This document shows positions 10,395 to 19,869 of a DNA stretch of 64,000 nucleotides, in pieces. The stretch covers positions 2,240,001 to 2,304,000 of the forward strand of contig OY760937.1 in the NCBI GenBank assembly GCA_963664225.1. Reading direction: 5' to 3'. Source of the stretch: Verrucomicrobiia bacterium. Lineage in GTDB: Bacteria > Verrucomicrobiota > Verrucomicrobiia > Limisphaerales > UBA1319. A program made the translations under genes and the position numbers. How positions within the stretch are numbered: position 1 is the stretch's first letter; each line of letters starts with the position of its first letter. Under the pieces are notes generated by a model. That model searched no databases and was not told the DNA's origin. It was given only the letters and a program-made list of their open reading frames with translations.

Positions 10395-12023
10395 TCAACC
10401 CGCGGCTTCTTCCGTCACTGCTGCGTCGCATTGCCGCTTCTCATATTCCCGGATTTGTTTCGCGATCAGAATGCACGGGCGCCGGGCGATGATCACCACC
10501 AACTCGCCGCTGTCCAGGCTCTCTTTGACGAGCTTCTCGAATTGCGGGTCGTTGGGGCGCGGCTCGATCACATGCACGCGCTGGATGCCCAGTGAGCGGG
10601 CCAGGTCTTCGAAAACGACCTTGCCGGTTGGATCATGCACCAGGTTGCGTCCAGTGGCGGGATTCTCCTGGTGCCCGGTCATGGCCGTGGTGCTGTTGTC
10701 GAGGATGATGAGGACATGGCCGGTGGAGGGCGGGTTATAGATCATTTCCACCAGACCCGTGATTCCGCTATGCACAAAGGTGCTGTCTCCGATCACGCTC
10801 ACCACGCGCCGCGCTTCCGCGTCCGGCAGGGTGTGACGCAGACCCAGCCCCACGCCGATGCTCGCCCCCATGCAAACGCAGGTGTCCATGGCCTTGAACG
10901 GCGGCAGCACGCCCAGCGTGTAACAGCCAATATCGCCAGAGACGATGCAATCCATGCGGCCGAGGGTCTCGAAAACCACGCGATGCGAGCAGCCCTCGCA
11001 TAATTGCGGCGGCTTGCCGGGCAGGGGCGGGGGTTCCGGCGAAACATCGCCTGTGAGTATGCGACGCACGCGGTTCACATTCAGTTCGCCATGCCGATAC
11101 ATGGCCGGTTTGTTCTCCACGGGTATGCCGAGCACGCGAATGGATTCGTACAAATAAGGATCGCCCTCTTCGATCACCACGCAGCGTTTCACTTTTTTGG
11201 CGAACGCGGCAATCTTGGCCGCAGGCAGCGGATAAGTAAAACCGAGCTGGAGCACGCTCGCGCCTGGGGCCGCTTCCAATGCGTGATTCACGGAGACTCC
11301 GGAGGTAATGATGCCCAGGTCCGCGCTGCCGGGAAACTCGCGGTTCAACGAACAGGTTTCGTTCCAAACGGCCATTTCCGCGAGCTTGGCGCGTAAATTG
11401 TGATGTGCCGGGCGCGCATAGGCGGGAATCATGACGCGGTGCTGCACGTCGCGTTTGAAGGCCTCCGGCTTCGCTGCTGGGACCGCCGACTCGGGACGGG
11501 GTTTAACCACGGTTTTCGCATGGCACACACGCGTGGTGATGCGCAGCAGCACCGGGATGTGCCACCGCTCGGAAATCTCAATCGCATCAAAGAGGAAATC
11601 GTAGGCCTGCTGCGAGTCGGAAGGCTCCAGCATGGGCAGGCCGGCCGCCACCGCGTAGCGGCGGTTATCCTGCTCGTTCTGGCTGGAGGCCATTCCCGGA
11701 TCGTCCGCGGAAATGATCACCAGCGCGCCCGTGACGCCCGTATAAGCCACGGTGAAGAGCGGATCGGCCGCCACGTTCAGACCGACATGCTTCATGGTCA
11801 CGATGGCCCGGCCTCCGGCAAAGGCCGCGCCGATGGCAACCTCCATGGCCACTTTTTCATTCGGCGACCATTGAACCCGGGCCTTGCCGACCATGCGGGA
11901 CAATTCCTCGAGGATTTCGGTGGAGGGCGTGCCGGGGTAACCGGTGCCCAGAACCACGCCCGCGTGCAGCGATGCCAGGGCCAGGGCCTCGTCGCCGCTC
12001 ATTAAGAAACGTTCGTTTTGCAT
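10395..12023 (-). CDS. iorA: Indolepyruvate:ferredoxin oxidoreductase alpha subunit
   Basis: GYPGTPSTEI, MKHVGLNVAADP, SSQNEQDNR, C.GC.HR, GDIGCYTLG, TPP motif GDSTF.HSG..LDN..TAMTGHQ. Confidence 0.93.
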   Translation of the reverse strand: MQNERFLMSGDEALALASLHAGVVLGTGYPGTPSTEILEELSRMVGKARVQWSPNEKVAMEVAIGAAFAGGRAIVTMKHVGLNVAADPLFTVAYTGVTGALVIISADDPGMASSQNEQDNRRYAVAAGLPMLEPSDSQQAYDFLFDAIEISERWHIPVLLRITTRVCHAKTVVKPRPESAVPAAKPEAFKRDVQHRVMIPAYARPAHHNLRAKLAEMAVWNETCSLNREFPGSADLGIITSGVSVNHALEAAPGASVLQLGFTYPLPAAKIAAFAKKVKRCVVIEEGDPYLYESIRVLGIPVENKPAMYRHGELNVNRVRRILTGDVSPEPPPLPGKPPQLCEGCSHRVVFETLGRMDCIVSGDIGCYTLGVLPPFKAMDTCVCMGASIGVGLGLRHTLPDAEARRVVSVIGDSTFVHSGITGLVEMIYNPPSTGHVLIILDNSTTAMTGHQENPATGRNLVHDPTGKVVFEDLARSLGIQRVHVIEPRPNDPQFEKLVKESLDSGELVVIIARRPCILIAKQIREYEKRQCDAAVTEEAAG

Positions 12024-12105
12024 CAATTTAATTCCACAGAGTTAATCCTGAAAAATGGGATGAGCGCAAAGTCTTTTTCAACGGAGTCTGGCGCATGGGA
12101 GGAAA

Positions 12106-12522
12106 TCAGGTTTGAACATTTCCCGCCAGGGCCTCCGCAAACCATCCGGGCGGACGCACCGGCCGACCCTCGCGGTTGATGAAGGCATGAATGGTGTAGC
12201 CGTTTGTCACGGGCTGACGGGTCAGCGCCTGCACCAGGGTCACCTCGCAGCGCAGCCGGGCCCGCCCTTCGAACGTGGCCGTCGTGGTCATTTCCAGCAA
12301 ATCGTCGTAACGCGCCCGGCCCGGATACAAAATGTGGGCCTCGACCACCGGCAGAAAAAATCCGCGTTCCTCCATCACCGCATACGGCACCCCGATAGCG
12401 CGCATCAATTCCGAGCGTCCGCACTCGAACCATTCCAGCGCGCGCGAGTTGTAAAACGTGCCCATCTGGTCCGTCTCGCTGTAACGAACCCGCAATTGTG
12501 ATACATGGGTTGCCGTGTTCAT
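12106..12522 (-). CDS. Acyl-CoA thioesterase (YbgC/FadM hotdog family)
   Basis: RVRYSETDQMG..YN...WFE.GR, RYDD, G.T.HAF. Confidence 0.85.
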   Translation of the reverse strand: MNTATHVSQLRVRYSETDQMGTFYNSRALEWFECGRSELMRAIGVPYAVMEERGFFLPVVEAHILYPGRARYDDLLEMTTTATFEGRARLRCEVTLVQALTRQPVTNGYTIHAFINREGRPVRPPGWFAEALAGNVQT

Positions 12523-12598
12523 GCTCTGATTTTGTCCAATATCCAGCGTGGACTCCAACAAAAACCGGGGGCGAATGCAAGTGCCGGATTAACGCGCA

Positions 12599-12895
12599 TC
12601 AGTCTCCAAAGAGCTTTTTGAATTGTTCGCGCGCGCTGTTTTCTCTCGGGTTGGCACTGGCTTTGGGGGTGAACACACGCCGGATAAAATCGAAATACTC
12701 GCAGAAATTGCCCCGATCCGCATCCTCCACCGGTTCCGCGCGGCGGTCCCGGCAATGATGCGCGGCACGGGCATCATAGCTGACGCAGTTCAGGCAAACC
12801 CGCAGTTCGGCGTTGCATTGATGGCAGCTTTCCGTGCGTCCCGGCTGTCCGGCCAGGGTCCATTCCCATCCGCATTTGTGGCAGTGACGTGTCAT
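12599..12895 (-). CDS. Small Cys-rich (putative Zn-binding) conserved hypothetical protein
   Basis: CxxC, CxxC, CxxC, C, NFCEYF motifs; ends AREQFKKLFGD. Confidence 0.7.
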   Translation of the reverse strand: MTRHCHKCGWEWTLAGQPGRTESCHQCNAELRVCLNCVSYDARAAHHCRDRRAEPVEDADRGNFCEYFDFIRRVFTPKASANPRENSAREQFKKLFGD

Positions 12896-12930
12896 GGCAA
12901 AAAATCTAACACAGCGGTCAAGATGGTGGA

Positions 12931-14013
12931 TTACCGAGCAATCCATCCGCCGCCCACCACCACGTCACCATCGTAGAAAACGCAGGCCTGGCCCGGTGTG
13001 ATGGCCCGTTGCGGCACATGCAGACGGACTTTTGCGGCACCACCCGGCAGCGGCGTTACCGTGGCCGGCGCGCCGGGATTCTTGTAACGGATTTTCGCCG
13101 AAACTTCCAGTGTCTCCGGTGGTGTTTCAAACGCGATCCAGTTGCAGCGTTCCACGCGGAATTCGTCCCGGTCCAGATCGGCATCCCCACCGAGCACCAC
13201 CCGGTTGGTTTCCGGATCCAGCGCCACCACATAGAGCGGACGCGTGGACGAAATGCCCAACCCCTTCCTTTGGCCAATGGTGAAAAACTCGATCCCGTCA
13301 TGGTGCCCGAGCACTTTCCCTGTCAGATCGACCATCTCGCCCCGGTGACGAACCGTTGCGCCTGAATCGAGCAGGAACTTGCCGTAATCGTTGTCGGGCA
13401 CGAAACAGATTTCCATGCTCTCCTCCTTGTCGGCAGTCTTGAGCTCGCTCTGCCGGGCCACATCGCGCGTCTCGGTCTTCGTCATTTCCCCCAGCGGCAT
13501 GAGGGTGTGCGCGAGTTGATCCTGCTTGAGCGAAAAAAGGAAATAACTCTGATCCTTGCGCGGGTCGCGTCCCTTCTTGAGCAGCGTCCGGCCATTGGGT
13601 CCGGCCTCAATCCGCGCGTAATGCCCCGTGGCCACCCATTCGGCGCCCAGTTGACGCGCCCGTTCCAGCAGCGTGCCAAACTTCAGCTTCTCGTTGCAGA
13701 GCACACAGGGATTGGGCGTGTTCCCGGCTTTGTATTCCGCCGAAAAGTATTGAATCACCTCTTTTTTGAATTGGTCGGACTCGTCCACCAGGTAGAAGGG
13801 GATGCCCAGCTTGCCGCAAACGCCCCGCGCGTCCGTAACCGCCTGCGGGCCGCAGCATTTATCCTCGGCGCGGGAGGAGCAATCCTGGGGCCAGAGCTTG
13901 AGCGTGATGCCAATCACTTCGTAACCCTGCTGCAGTAGCAACGCCGCCGCAGTCGAGGAATCCACCCCGCCGCTCATGCCCACCACCACGCGCCTGTTCG
14001 TATCGTTATTCAC
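12931..14013 (-). CDS. mnmA: tRNA-specific 2-thiouridylase MnmA
   Basis: MSGGVDSS, TPNPC..CN, ATGHYAR, KDQSYFL, S.EICF, TIGQRKG, AITPGQACVFY. GTG start at 14013 inferred. Confidence 0.96.
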   Translation of the reverse strand: MNNDTNRRVVVGMSGGVDSSTAAALLLQQGYEVIGITLKLWPQDCSSRAEDKCCGPQAVTDARGVCGKLGIPFYLVDESDQFKKEVIQYFSAEYKAGNTPNPCVLCNEKLKFGTLLERARQLGAEWVATGHYARIEAGPNGRTLLKKGRDPRKDQSYFLFSLKQDQLAHTLMPLGEMTKTETRDVARQSELKTADKEESMEICFVPDNDYGKFLLDSGATVRHRGEMVDLTGKVLGHHDGIEFFTIGQRKGLGISSTRPLYVVALDPETNRVVLGGDADLDRDEFRVERCNWIAFETPPETLEVSAKIRYKNPGAPATVTPLPGGAAKVRLHVPQRAITPGQACVFYDGDVVVGGGWIAR

Positions 14014-14120
14014 CGGCTGCCAAGATAGAGTTCGATTCCCCGCGTGTAAAGTGGGGGTGCTAATGTCCCGCGCAAACATTCCCATTGCCAGTCCTGTTTG
14101 GTCGTGACACATTCCAGTTT

Positions 14121-15317
14121 ATGAAACGCCTATTGTATTCCCTCTGCTCGGCGACGGTTTTGATGACGGGTGTTCTGCAACGCCTTCAAGCCCAGGATAC
14201 GAACGACTTCTTTCCGCTCATGGCCTGGAACTGGTCCTCATCGGATCCTGCCGTGTATCAGAAAATGCACGACTGCGGATTGACCGTGGCCGGGTTCGTC
14301 GCGCCCAGGGATCTGGATCTTTGCCAGGCGGCGGGGTTGAAGGCCATTGTGTCAGACAAGAGGGCGTCCGATTATGATTGGCGGAATGTCGATGAGGCAG
14401 CCGCCCGGAGCAATATTACCAGCCTGGTGGACGAGGTTGGCAAACATCCCGCGCTCTACGGATTTTATCTCAGGGACGAACCCGGCGCGGATCTTTTTCC
14501 CGGTCTGGGCAAAGTGGCCTCGCTCATTCACGAACTCGCGCCAGGCAAATGGGCCTACATCAATCTATTTCCAAACTACGCCTCCGCCGCGCAACTGGGC
14601 AACGAAAACTACCGGGCGCACCTCGACAAATTTGTGGAGGCCTGTCATCCCACCGTTCTGAGCTACGATCATTACGCGCTCATGGACGACGGTTCCCTGC
14701 GCAACGGTTATTGGCAAAACCTCGAGCAGATGCGCGGCACAGGCCTGAAGAATCACATTCCCTTTTGGAACATTGTGCTTTCCGTGGCGCATTTCAATTA
14801 CCGTGAACCGACTGCTGCCGACCTGCGGTTTCAGGTCTATACCACTCTCGCCTACGGGGGACGCGGCATCGCCTACTTCACTTACATGGCACCGGCGATT
14901 GGAAATTATCGCATGGCCCCCATCGATCAATTTGGCAATTCCACCCGCACCTGGGACGATCTGCGCAATGTGAACCTGCAAGTTGGCAAGCTCGCGCCCA
15001 CCCTTCTGAAACTCACCTCCGACGACGTCTATCATTTCGGCAAGGTGCCGGATGAATCGCATGGTCCCGGCGCCAAAAGCCTCATCGAATCCGCCGAAGG
15101 CGAATTCATGGTCGGGGATTTCACCCATGCGGACGGCAGCCGTTATGTCATGGTCGTCAACAAGGACTACAACCTGTCCCGCCACTGCAATCTCAAGTTC
15201 CGGTCCGCGCCAAAACGCCTCCAGCACGTCTCTCCTTACTCAGGCCAATTGGGCGAATTCTCCGGCGAACAGCTCTGGCTCGCCCCGGGTCAGGGAGTGT
15301 TGTTGAAACTGGATTAA
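14121..15317 (+). CDS. Secreted putative glycoside hydrolase (clan GH-A-like TIM barrel), family uncertain
   Basis: Signal peptide; GFYLRDEP, YINLFP, LSYDHY, LAYGGRGIAYFTY; C-terminal beta-sandwich (LAPGQGVLL). Confidence 0.55.
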   Translation: MKRLLYSLCSATVLMTGVLQRLQAQDTNDFFPLMAWNWSSSDPAVYQKMHDCGLTVAGFVAPRDLDLCQAAGLKAIVSDKRASDYDWRNVDEAAARSNITSLVDEVGKHPALYGFYLRDEPGADLFPGLGKVASLIHELAPGKWAYINLFPNYASAAQLGNENYRAHLDKFVEACHPTVLSYDHYALMDDGSLRNGYWQNLEQMRGTGLKNHIPFWNIVLSVAHFNYREPTAADLRFQVYTTLAYGGRGIAYFTYMAPAIGNYRMAPIDQFGNSTRTWDDLRNVNLQVGKLAPTLLKLTSDDVYHFGKVPDESHGPGAKSLIESAEGEFMVGDFTHADGSRYVMVVNKDYNLSRHCNLKFRSAPKRLQHVSPYSGQLGEFSGEQLWLAPGQGVLLKLD

Positions 15318-15406
15318 AACGACCAGGGCATCCGGACGTTGGTTCGTGAGGCATTGCCAAATCCATTTCGAGTTCAGGTCATCGACGCTCCCTGGTTGTT
15401 TGGGAT

Positions 15407-15652
15407 TCAACGGCGTGTCTTCAAAAGCCAAACACTCAAAGTGGCAAGCATCACCGCAACGATGGTGAATAGGGTAAAAGGCACGAAAAGCTGCCAGCCA
15501 GATAACTGAATCCCTGCAAAAATCCAGGTTGCGTGCGTCGTTTCCGGCGCCCTTCGCCATGGCAAAATACAACTGACCAACAAGCTGAATGCGGCCAATC
15601 CCATGAACAGGGCGAGCAGAAAACTCAAAGCGCTGAGAATGAGTTTAAGCAT
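15407..15652 (-). CDS. Small hypothetical membrane protein
   Basis: 81-aa ORF with two long hydrophobic stretches and an AGGTGA RBS-like sequence upstream. Confidence 0.5.
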   Translation of the reverse strand: MLKLILSALSFLLALFMGLAAFSLLVSCILPWRRAPETTHATWIFAGIQLSGWQLFVPFTLFTIVAVMLATLSVWLLKTRR

Positions 15653-15721
15653 GAATTCACCTGGTTTTTCGCACATTCAAACGCGGCATGACGAAAGAAT
15701 GCTGCATTCGAGGAATTGATT

Positions 15722-15822
15722 CAACCTTTTCGGGGTTGGGGATTCGTGGGGGGGACGGCATACCCAAGGCAGGCCTCGGCGGCCAACCCGGGGCTAAATG
15801 ATTGTAACCCGTTCCGGGTTGC
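15722..15822. repeat. REP-like multi-hairpin intergenic element
   Basis: Hairpins CAACCTTTTCGGGGTTG and AACCCGTTCCGGGTT flank an imperfect CCCAAGG..CCCGGGG palindrome. Single copy in the window. Confidence 0.45.
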
Positions 15823-15854
15823 CCTGACGATAAGCGTCCGATGAGCCGGTTTCG

Positions 15855-16295
15855 TCAGTGTTTCAGGCCGCCGCAATAGGGTCTCGTCTTAAGAGCGGCC
15901 AGATAATCTTCTTTTCGGTAGAAAGGCCAGACGCGCAGATCGCCACCCGCCGTAACCATTGGAGGAATCTGACGCAGTGGTATTAACCGAAATGTAGAAT
16001 TCAGGAACGCCCGAAACCCTCGTTCCGACGCCCACTCATACTCGAGGTCCGTTTTCAGAAACAGGATGACCCGCGCAAAATCACGACGCTGTCCATAGGT
16101 AAGCGCCAAATCTCCTGCTAGCCGATGCTCATGCATGTCATCGCAATAAAGCCATGCAAAACGTAAATCCACCTCAGAAACAGCTCCATCCACAGAGCAC
16201 TGGCTCAGGGCCTCGAAGCAGCGGTTGGACATCAAACCACTGGCAAGATGCCTCAAACGCTCAGCCAAATGATTGCGTGCCGTACGATCCAACAT
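15855..16295 (-). CDS. Hypothetical protein
   Basis: 146-aa ORF with GGAG RBS; motifs R.ILFLKTDLEYEW and VWPF; no family recognised. Confidence 0.6.
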   Translation of the reverse strand: MLDRTARNHLAERLRHLASGLMSNRCFEALSQCSVDGAVSEVDLRFAWLYCDDMHEHRLAGDLALTYGQRRDFARVILFLKTDLEYEWASERGFRAFLNSTFRLIPLRQIPPMVTAGGDLRVWPFYRKEDYLAALKTRPYCGGLKH

Positions 16296-16447
16296 AGTCG
16301 TAAAGATCTCCTTTGTTTATGCTACTCATGGGTCGCATATTTCACCGGATAGTCAATATTTTCATTTCGACATTCACCCCGCCCCAATCATGAAACTTCC
16401 GCGATTAGAACTTGCCACCCTGTCCCGTGCGCGGTTATTTTTTACGC

Positions 16448-19297
16448 ATGATTGTCCATACTCCATCACTGGCGACGTATTCACGTCTGTTTTCACCAAA
16501 TAATCCCGCGCGGATGGCCCTGGCCTTCATGACGGCCCTGTGGCTGGCCGCGGCCGGCGTCAGCGCCGCGCCTGTGGCGGAGATTCCGCTGCCGGAGCAT
16601 CCACGGCCCGATTTCCAACGGCCTCTTTGGGAGAATTTGAACGGCACATGGGCCTTTAAATTCGACAAGGAAAACGCGGGCGAAAAAGGAGAATGGTTCA
16701 AGGATGCGGCAGGGTTCCCGGACAAGATTCTGGTGCCCTTCCCCTGGGGTTCGAAACTCTCGGGACTCGAGGACAAGGCGGACATTGGCTGGTATGCGCG
16801 CACCATCAAGGTGCCGGAGGCCTGGCGCGGTCAGCGGGTGTTCCTGGTGGTGGGCGCGAGCGATTGGCTGACGAGCGGCTGGCTCGACGGTCAGAGCGTG
16901 GGTACCAACCGCGGGGGTTACACGCCGTTTGAATTTGAACTGACCTCAACGGTCCAGTTCGGCAAGGATCAATCACTGGTGCTGCGCGTGGATGACACGC
17001 CGCATCCGTTCAAGCTCGAGGGCAAGCAGGGTTACGGGCAGGCCCGGGGTCTGTGGCAGACCGCCTATCTCGAGGCGCGTCCGAAGGTATTCGTCAAAAC
17101 CATGCATTTCACGCCGGACATCGACGCGGGCAAGGTGAATGTTTTGGTCAAGCTCTCGGATGAGGCCACTGAAAATAACAGGTTCAGTCTCAAATTTAAC
17201 ACCGGCGATCAACCCGAAGTGACGCAACCGGTCAAACCGGGTGCGCGCGAGATTCAGTTCGATCTGCCGATCACGAATCAACACCTCTGGTCGCTGGACG
17301 ATCCGTTCCTTTACGAGGTCGAGGCGAAATTCATGGAAGGCAACGAGACCCCTGACCAGGTGGCCTCGTATTTCGGCATGCGCAAGATCAGCGTCGTGAA
17401 ATTTCCATCGACCGGATATCCGTATATCGCGCTGAACAACAAGCCGGTTTATTTGCAGATCACGCTCGATCAGTCCTATCATCCTGAGGGTTTTTACACG
17501 TTCCCGAGCGACGCCTTCATGCGGGATGAGATTCTGCGCTCGAAGCAAATCGGCCTGAACGCCAACCGGATTCACATCAAGGTGGAGGTGCCGCGCAAAC
17601 TTTACTGGGCGGACAAATTGGGATTATTGATCATGGCGGATGTGCCCAACTTCTGGGGCCAGCCCGACGCGGACGCCAGGGCGGAATCTGAAACGGCCCT
17701 GCGCGGCATGGTCCAGCGGGATTACAACCATCCGGCGATTTTCTCCTGGATCACCTTTAACGAGACGTGGGGGTTGTTCGACAAGGACCACAAATACCAG
17801 CCTGAGACGCAGGAGTGGGTGGCCTCGATGTACCGGCTGGCGAAGTCCCTGGATGCCTCGCGGCTGGTGGAAGATAACTCGGCGTGCAACAACGATCATG
17901 TCGTCACCGACATCAATAGCTGGCATTCGTATCTGCCCGGTTACAAGTGGCACGATCACCTGGCCCAGGTTGTGAAGGACACCGTGCCCGGCTCGAAATG
18001 GAACTTCATCGGCGGGCGGACCCAGGGCGAACAGCCGCTGCTGAATAGCGAGTGCGGCAATGTGTGGGGTTACGATGGGAGCACCGGCGATGTGGATTGG
18101 AGCTGGGATTACCACATCATGATGAACGAATTCCGCCGTCAGCCCAAGATCTGCGGATGGCTCTACACGGAGCATCATGACGTCATCAACGAGTGGAACG
18201 GTTATTTCCGATACGATCGCTCGGAGAAATTCACCGGCCTCGAGGCGTTGAATCCGGGAATGAGCCTGAACGATCTGCATGCGCCCTTTTACATCGCCCC
18301 CGGTGGCGAACTTTGCCAGGACGTGAAACCCGGGGACACGGTGAAGGTGCCGGTCTGGGCGTCGTTCATGACCGACCGCGCCCCGGCGGGGCAGTTGGTG
18401 CTGCGCGTTCAATGCTACGGCTGGGACAGCCTGGGCAATCGCGAGTGGTTCGGCCAGAACAGCCAGTCGATCGACTTCGAGCCGTGGATGAGCCGGGAAC
18501 TGACGCCGCTGGAATTCACCATGCCTGACAAGCGCGCGTTGGTGGTCATGGACATCACGCTGGAAGACGGAGCCGGTGGTGTGCTGCATCGCAATTTCAC
18601 GACGTTCAACGTCACCGATGGCCCGGCGCCCCGCACGGAAACCGTGGAAATGGGCGGCCGACATGCGACGATCGTGCGGTTTGCGCCCGATACGTTCAAG
18701 AGCGCCAAGTGGTCGCTCAAGCAATGGAATGTGCTCGATGGCGCGAAGGTCAACGGGGCTGGTTCGGGTTATTTCGAATATCGCCTGCCGTGGCCGGAAG
18801 GCCTGGACCTGGCGAAAATCTCCGGGGCATCGTTCCGCGCGGAAGTGTCATCCAAGCCTCTATTGGGCAAGGACAAGGAAAAAGACGCCAAAAAAGACGA
18901 TGGCGACTACATGCGCGGCAAGGGATTGCTCGATCCGAGCCAGAATCCCAATTCCTATCCCATGACCGACACGGTGCGTCGGCCCAGCATCGTACAGGTT
19001 CGCGTGAATGGCGTTTCCGCAGGCTCGTTCAACCTGGCGGACGATCCGGCGGATCATCAGGGCATCCTCTCGTGGCACGCCCAAAAACGGGATGGCAAGT
19101 TGCGCGAGGCGGGCACCTACGGCTACCTGATTGAGGCCGCGATTCCCGAGGAAGCGCTCAAGGCGGGCGAGCAAAACAAGGAAATCGTGCTGCGACTTGA
19201 GGTCGATTCCGCGCTGCCCGGCGGTGTGGCGATCTATGGTGAAAACTTTGGACGTTACCCGATGGATCCAACGCTGGTGTTTCAATTGAAGAATTAG
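16448..19297 (+). CDS. Secreted glycoside hydrolase family 2 (large, extra C-terminal domain)
   Basis: LPEHPRPDF, NLNGTW, GGYTPFEF, LWSLDDPFLY, YFGMRK, NHPAIFSWITFNE, NSECG. Confidence 0.87.
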   Translation: MIVHTPSLATYSRLFSPNNPARMALAFMTALWLAAAGVSAAPVAEIPLPEHPRPDFQRPLWENLNGTWAFKFDKENAGEKGEWFKDAAGFPDKILVPFPWGSKLSGLEDKADIGWYARTIKVPEAWRGQRVFLVVGASDWLTSGWLDGQSVGTNRGGYTPFEFELTSTVQFGKDQSLVLRVDDTPHPFKLEGKQGYGQARGLWQTAYLEARPKVFVKTMHFTPDIDAGKVNVLVKLSDEATENNRFSLKFNTGDQPEVTQPVKPGAREIQFDLPITNQHLWSLDDPFLYEVEAKFMEGNETPDQVASYFGMRKISVVKFPSTGYPYIALNNKPVYLQITLDQSYHPEGFYTFPSDAFMRDEILRSKQIGLNANRIHIKVEVPRKLYWADKLGLLIMADVPNFWGQPDADARAESETALRGMVQRDYNHPAIFSWITFNETWGLFDKDHKYQPETQEWVASMYRLAKSLDASRLVEDNSACNNDHVVTDINSWHSYLPGYKWHDHLAQVVKDTVPGSKWNFIGGRTQGEQPLLNSECGNVWGYDGSTGDVDWSWDYHIMMNEFRRQPKICGWLYTEHHDVINEWNGYFRYDRSEKFTGLEALNPGMSLNDLHAPFYIAPGGELCQDVKPGDTVKVPVWASFMTDRAPAGQLVLRVQCYGWDSLGNREWFGQNSQSIDFEPWMSRELTPLEFTMPDKRALVVMDITLEDGAGGVLHRNFTTFNVTDGPAPRTETVEMGGRHATIVRFAPDTFKSAKWSLKQWNVLDGAKVNGAGSGYFEYRLPWPEGLDLAKISGASFRAEVSSKPLLGKDKEKDAKKDDGDYMRGKGLLDPSQNPNSYPMTDTVRRPSIVQVRVNGVSAGSFNLADDPADHQGILSWHAQKRDGKLREAGTYGYLIEAAIPEEALKAGEQNKEIVLRLEVDSALPGGVAIYGENFGRYPMDPTLVFQLKN

Positions 19298-19349
19298 CGG
19301 GAATCCAAACAAGGATATCGACAAAGGATATCAATTTGAGATGGAACAG

Positions 19350-19380
19350 ATTGCGCGGCGAAAGTCGCGCAATTTTTTTT
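19350..19380 (+). terminator. Rho-independent terminator between GH2 and tRNA-Phe
   Basis: ATTGCGCGGC-GAAA-GTCGCGCAAT followed by a T run. Confidence 0.8.
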
Positions 19381-19385
19381 GAAAG

Positions 19386-19461
<76 letters not shown>

Positions 19462-19589
19462 AACCAACTAACCATGAAGCAATTACAGCAACGCTGCAAC
19501 CTCTGTCTGCATCCATTCAGGCTGACCATTGCGGAATGAAGGCCATACCACGCAATGCAACGAGCCTGACTTTGCTTCAAAGCTCGGAC

Positions 19590-19619
19590 ACAATAGCGCA
19601 AGCCATCGCCGCGAGGCAA
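19590..19619 (-). promoter_or_regulatory. Putative sigma70 promoter for tRNA-Phe
   Basis: Minus strand TTGCCT-N18-TATTGT about 130 nt upstream of the tRNA. Confidence 0.5.
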
Positions 19620-19869
19620 GCGCTAAAAACGCAGATTTAATCGGGAATATGGCGGATTCCAATGCCGCCAAACCATCGGTTCTCAATTGGAGTGTTGGGA
19701 ACTGAGTGTGAAACCACTCATGGCGCCGCAAGCATCCGGCGGCATTACGGAAAACCAACGACAACGGGACGGACACCGTGAAGAAGGAGCGGCAAAAAGA
19801 GTCTAACGCGGGAAGGACCGCGAAGAATAACGGTGGTTAAACAGCATGGGGCAGAGATTTTGCACGGCG

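Noticed and set aside
17624..18724. Long antisense or alternate-frame ORFs (this one, 45136-46020, 58101-58994 and others)
   Set aside because: Shadows of well-supported genes in GC-rich DNA with no recognisable motifs.
19462..19500. AT-rich stretch next to the tRNA 5' end as a recombinase attachment site
   Set aside because: No second copy and no recombinase in the window.
19801..19842. attC-like GTCTAAC...GTTAAAC
   Set aside because: Only 42 bp, no matching inner L-box symmetry, and no integron integrase or cassette array.
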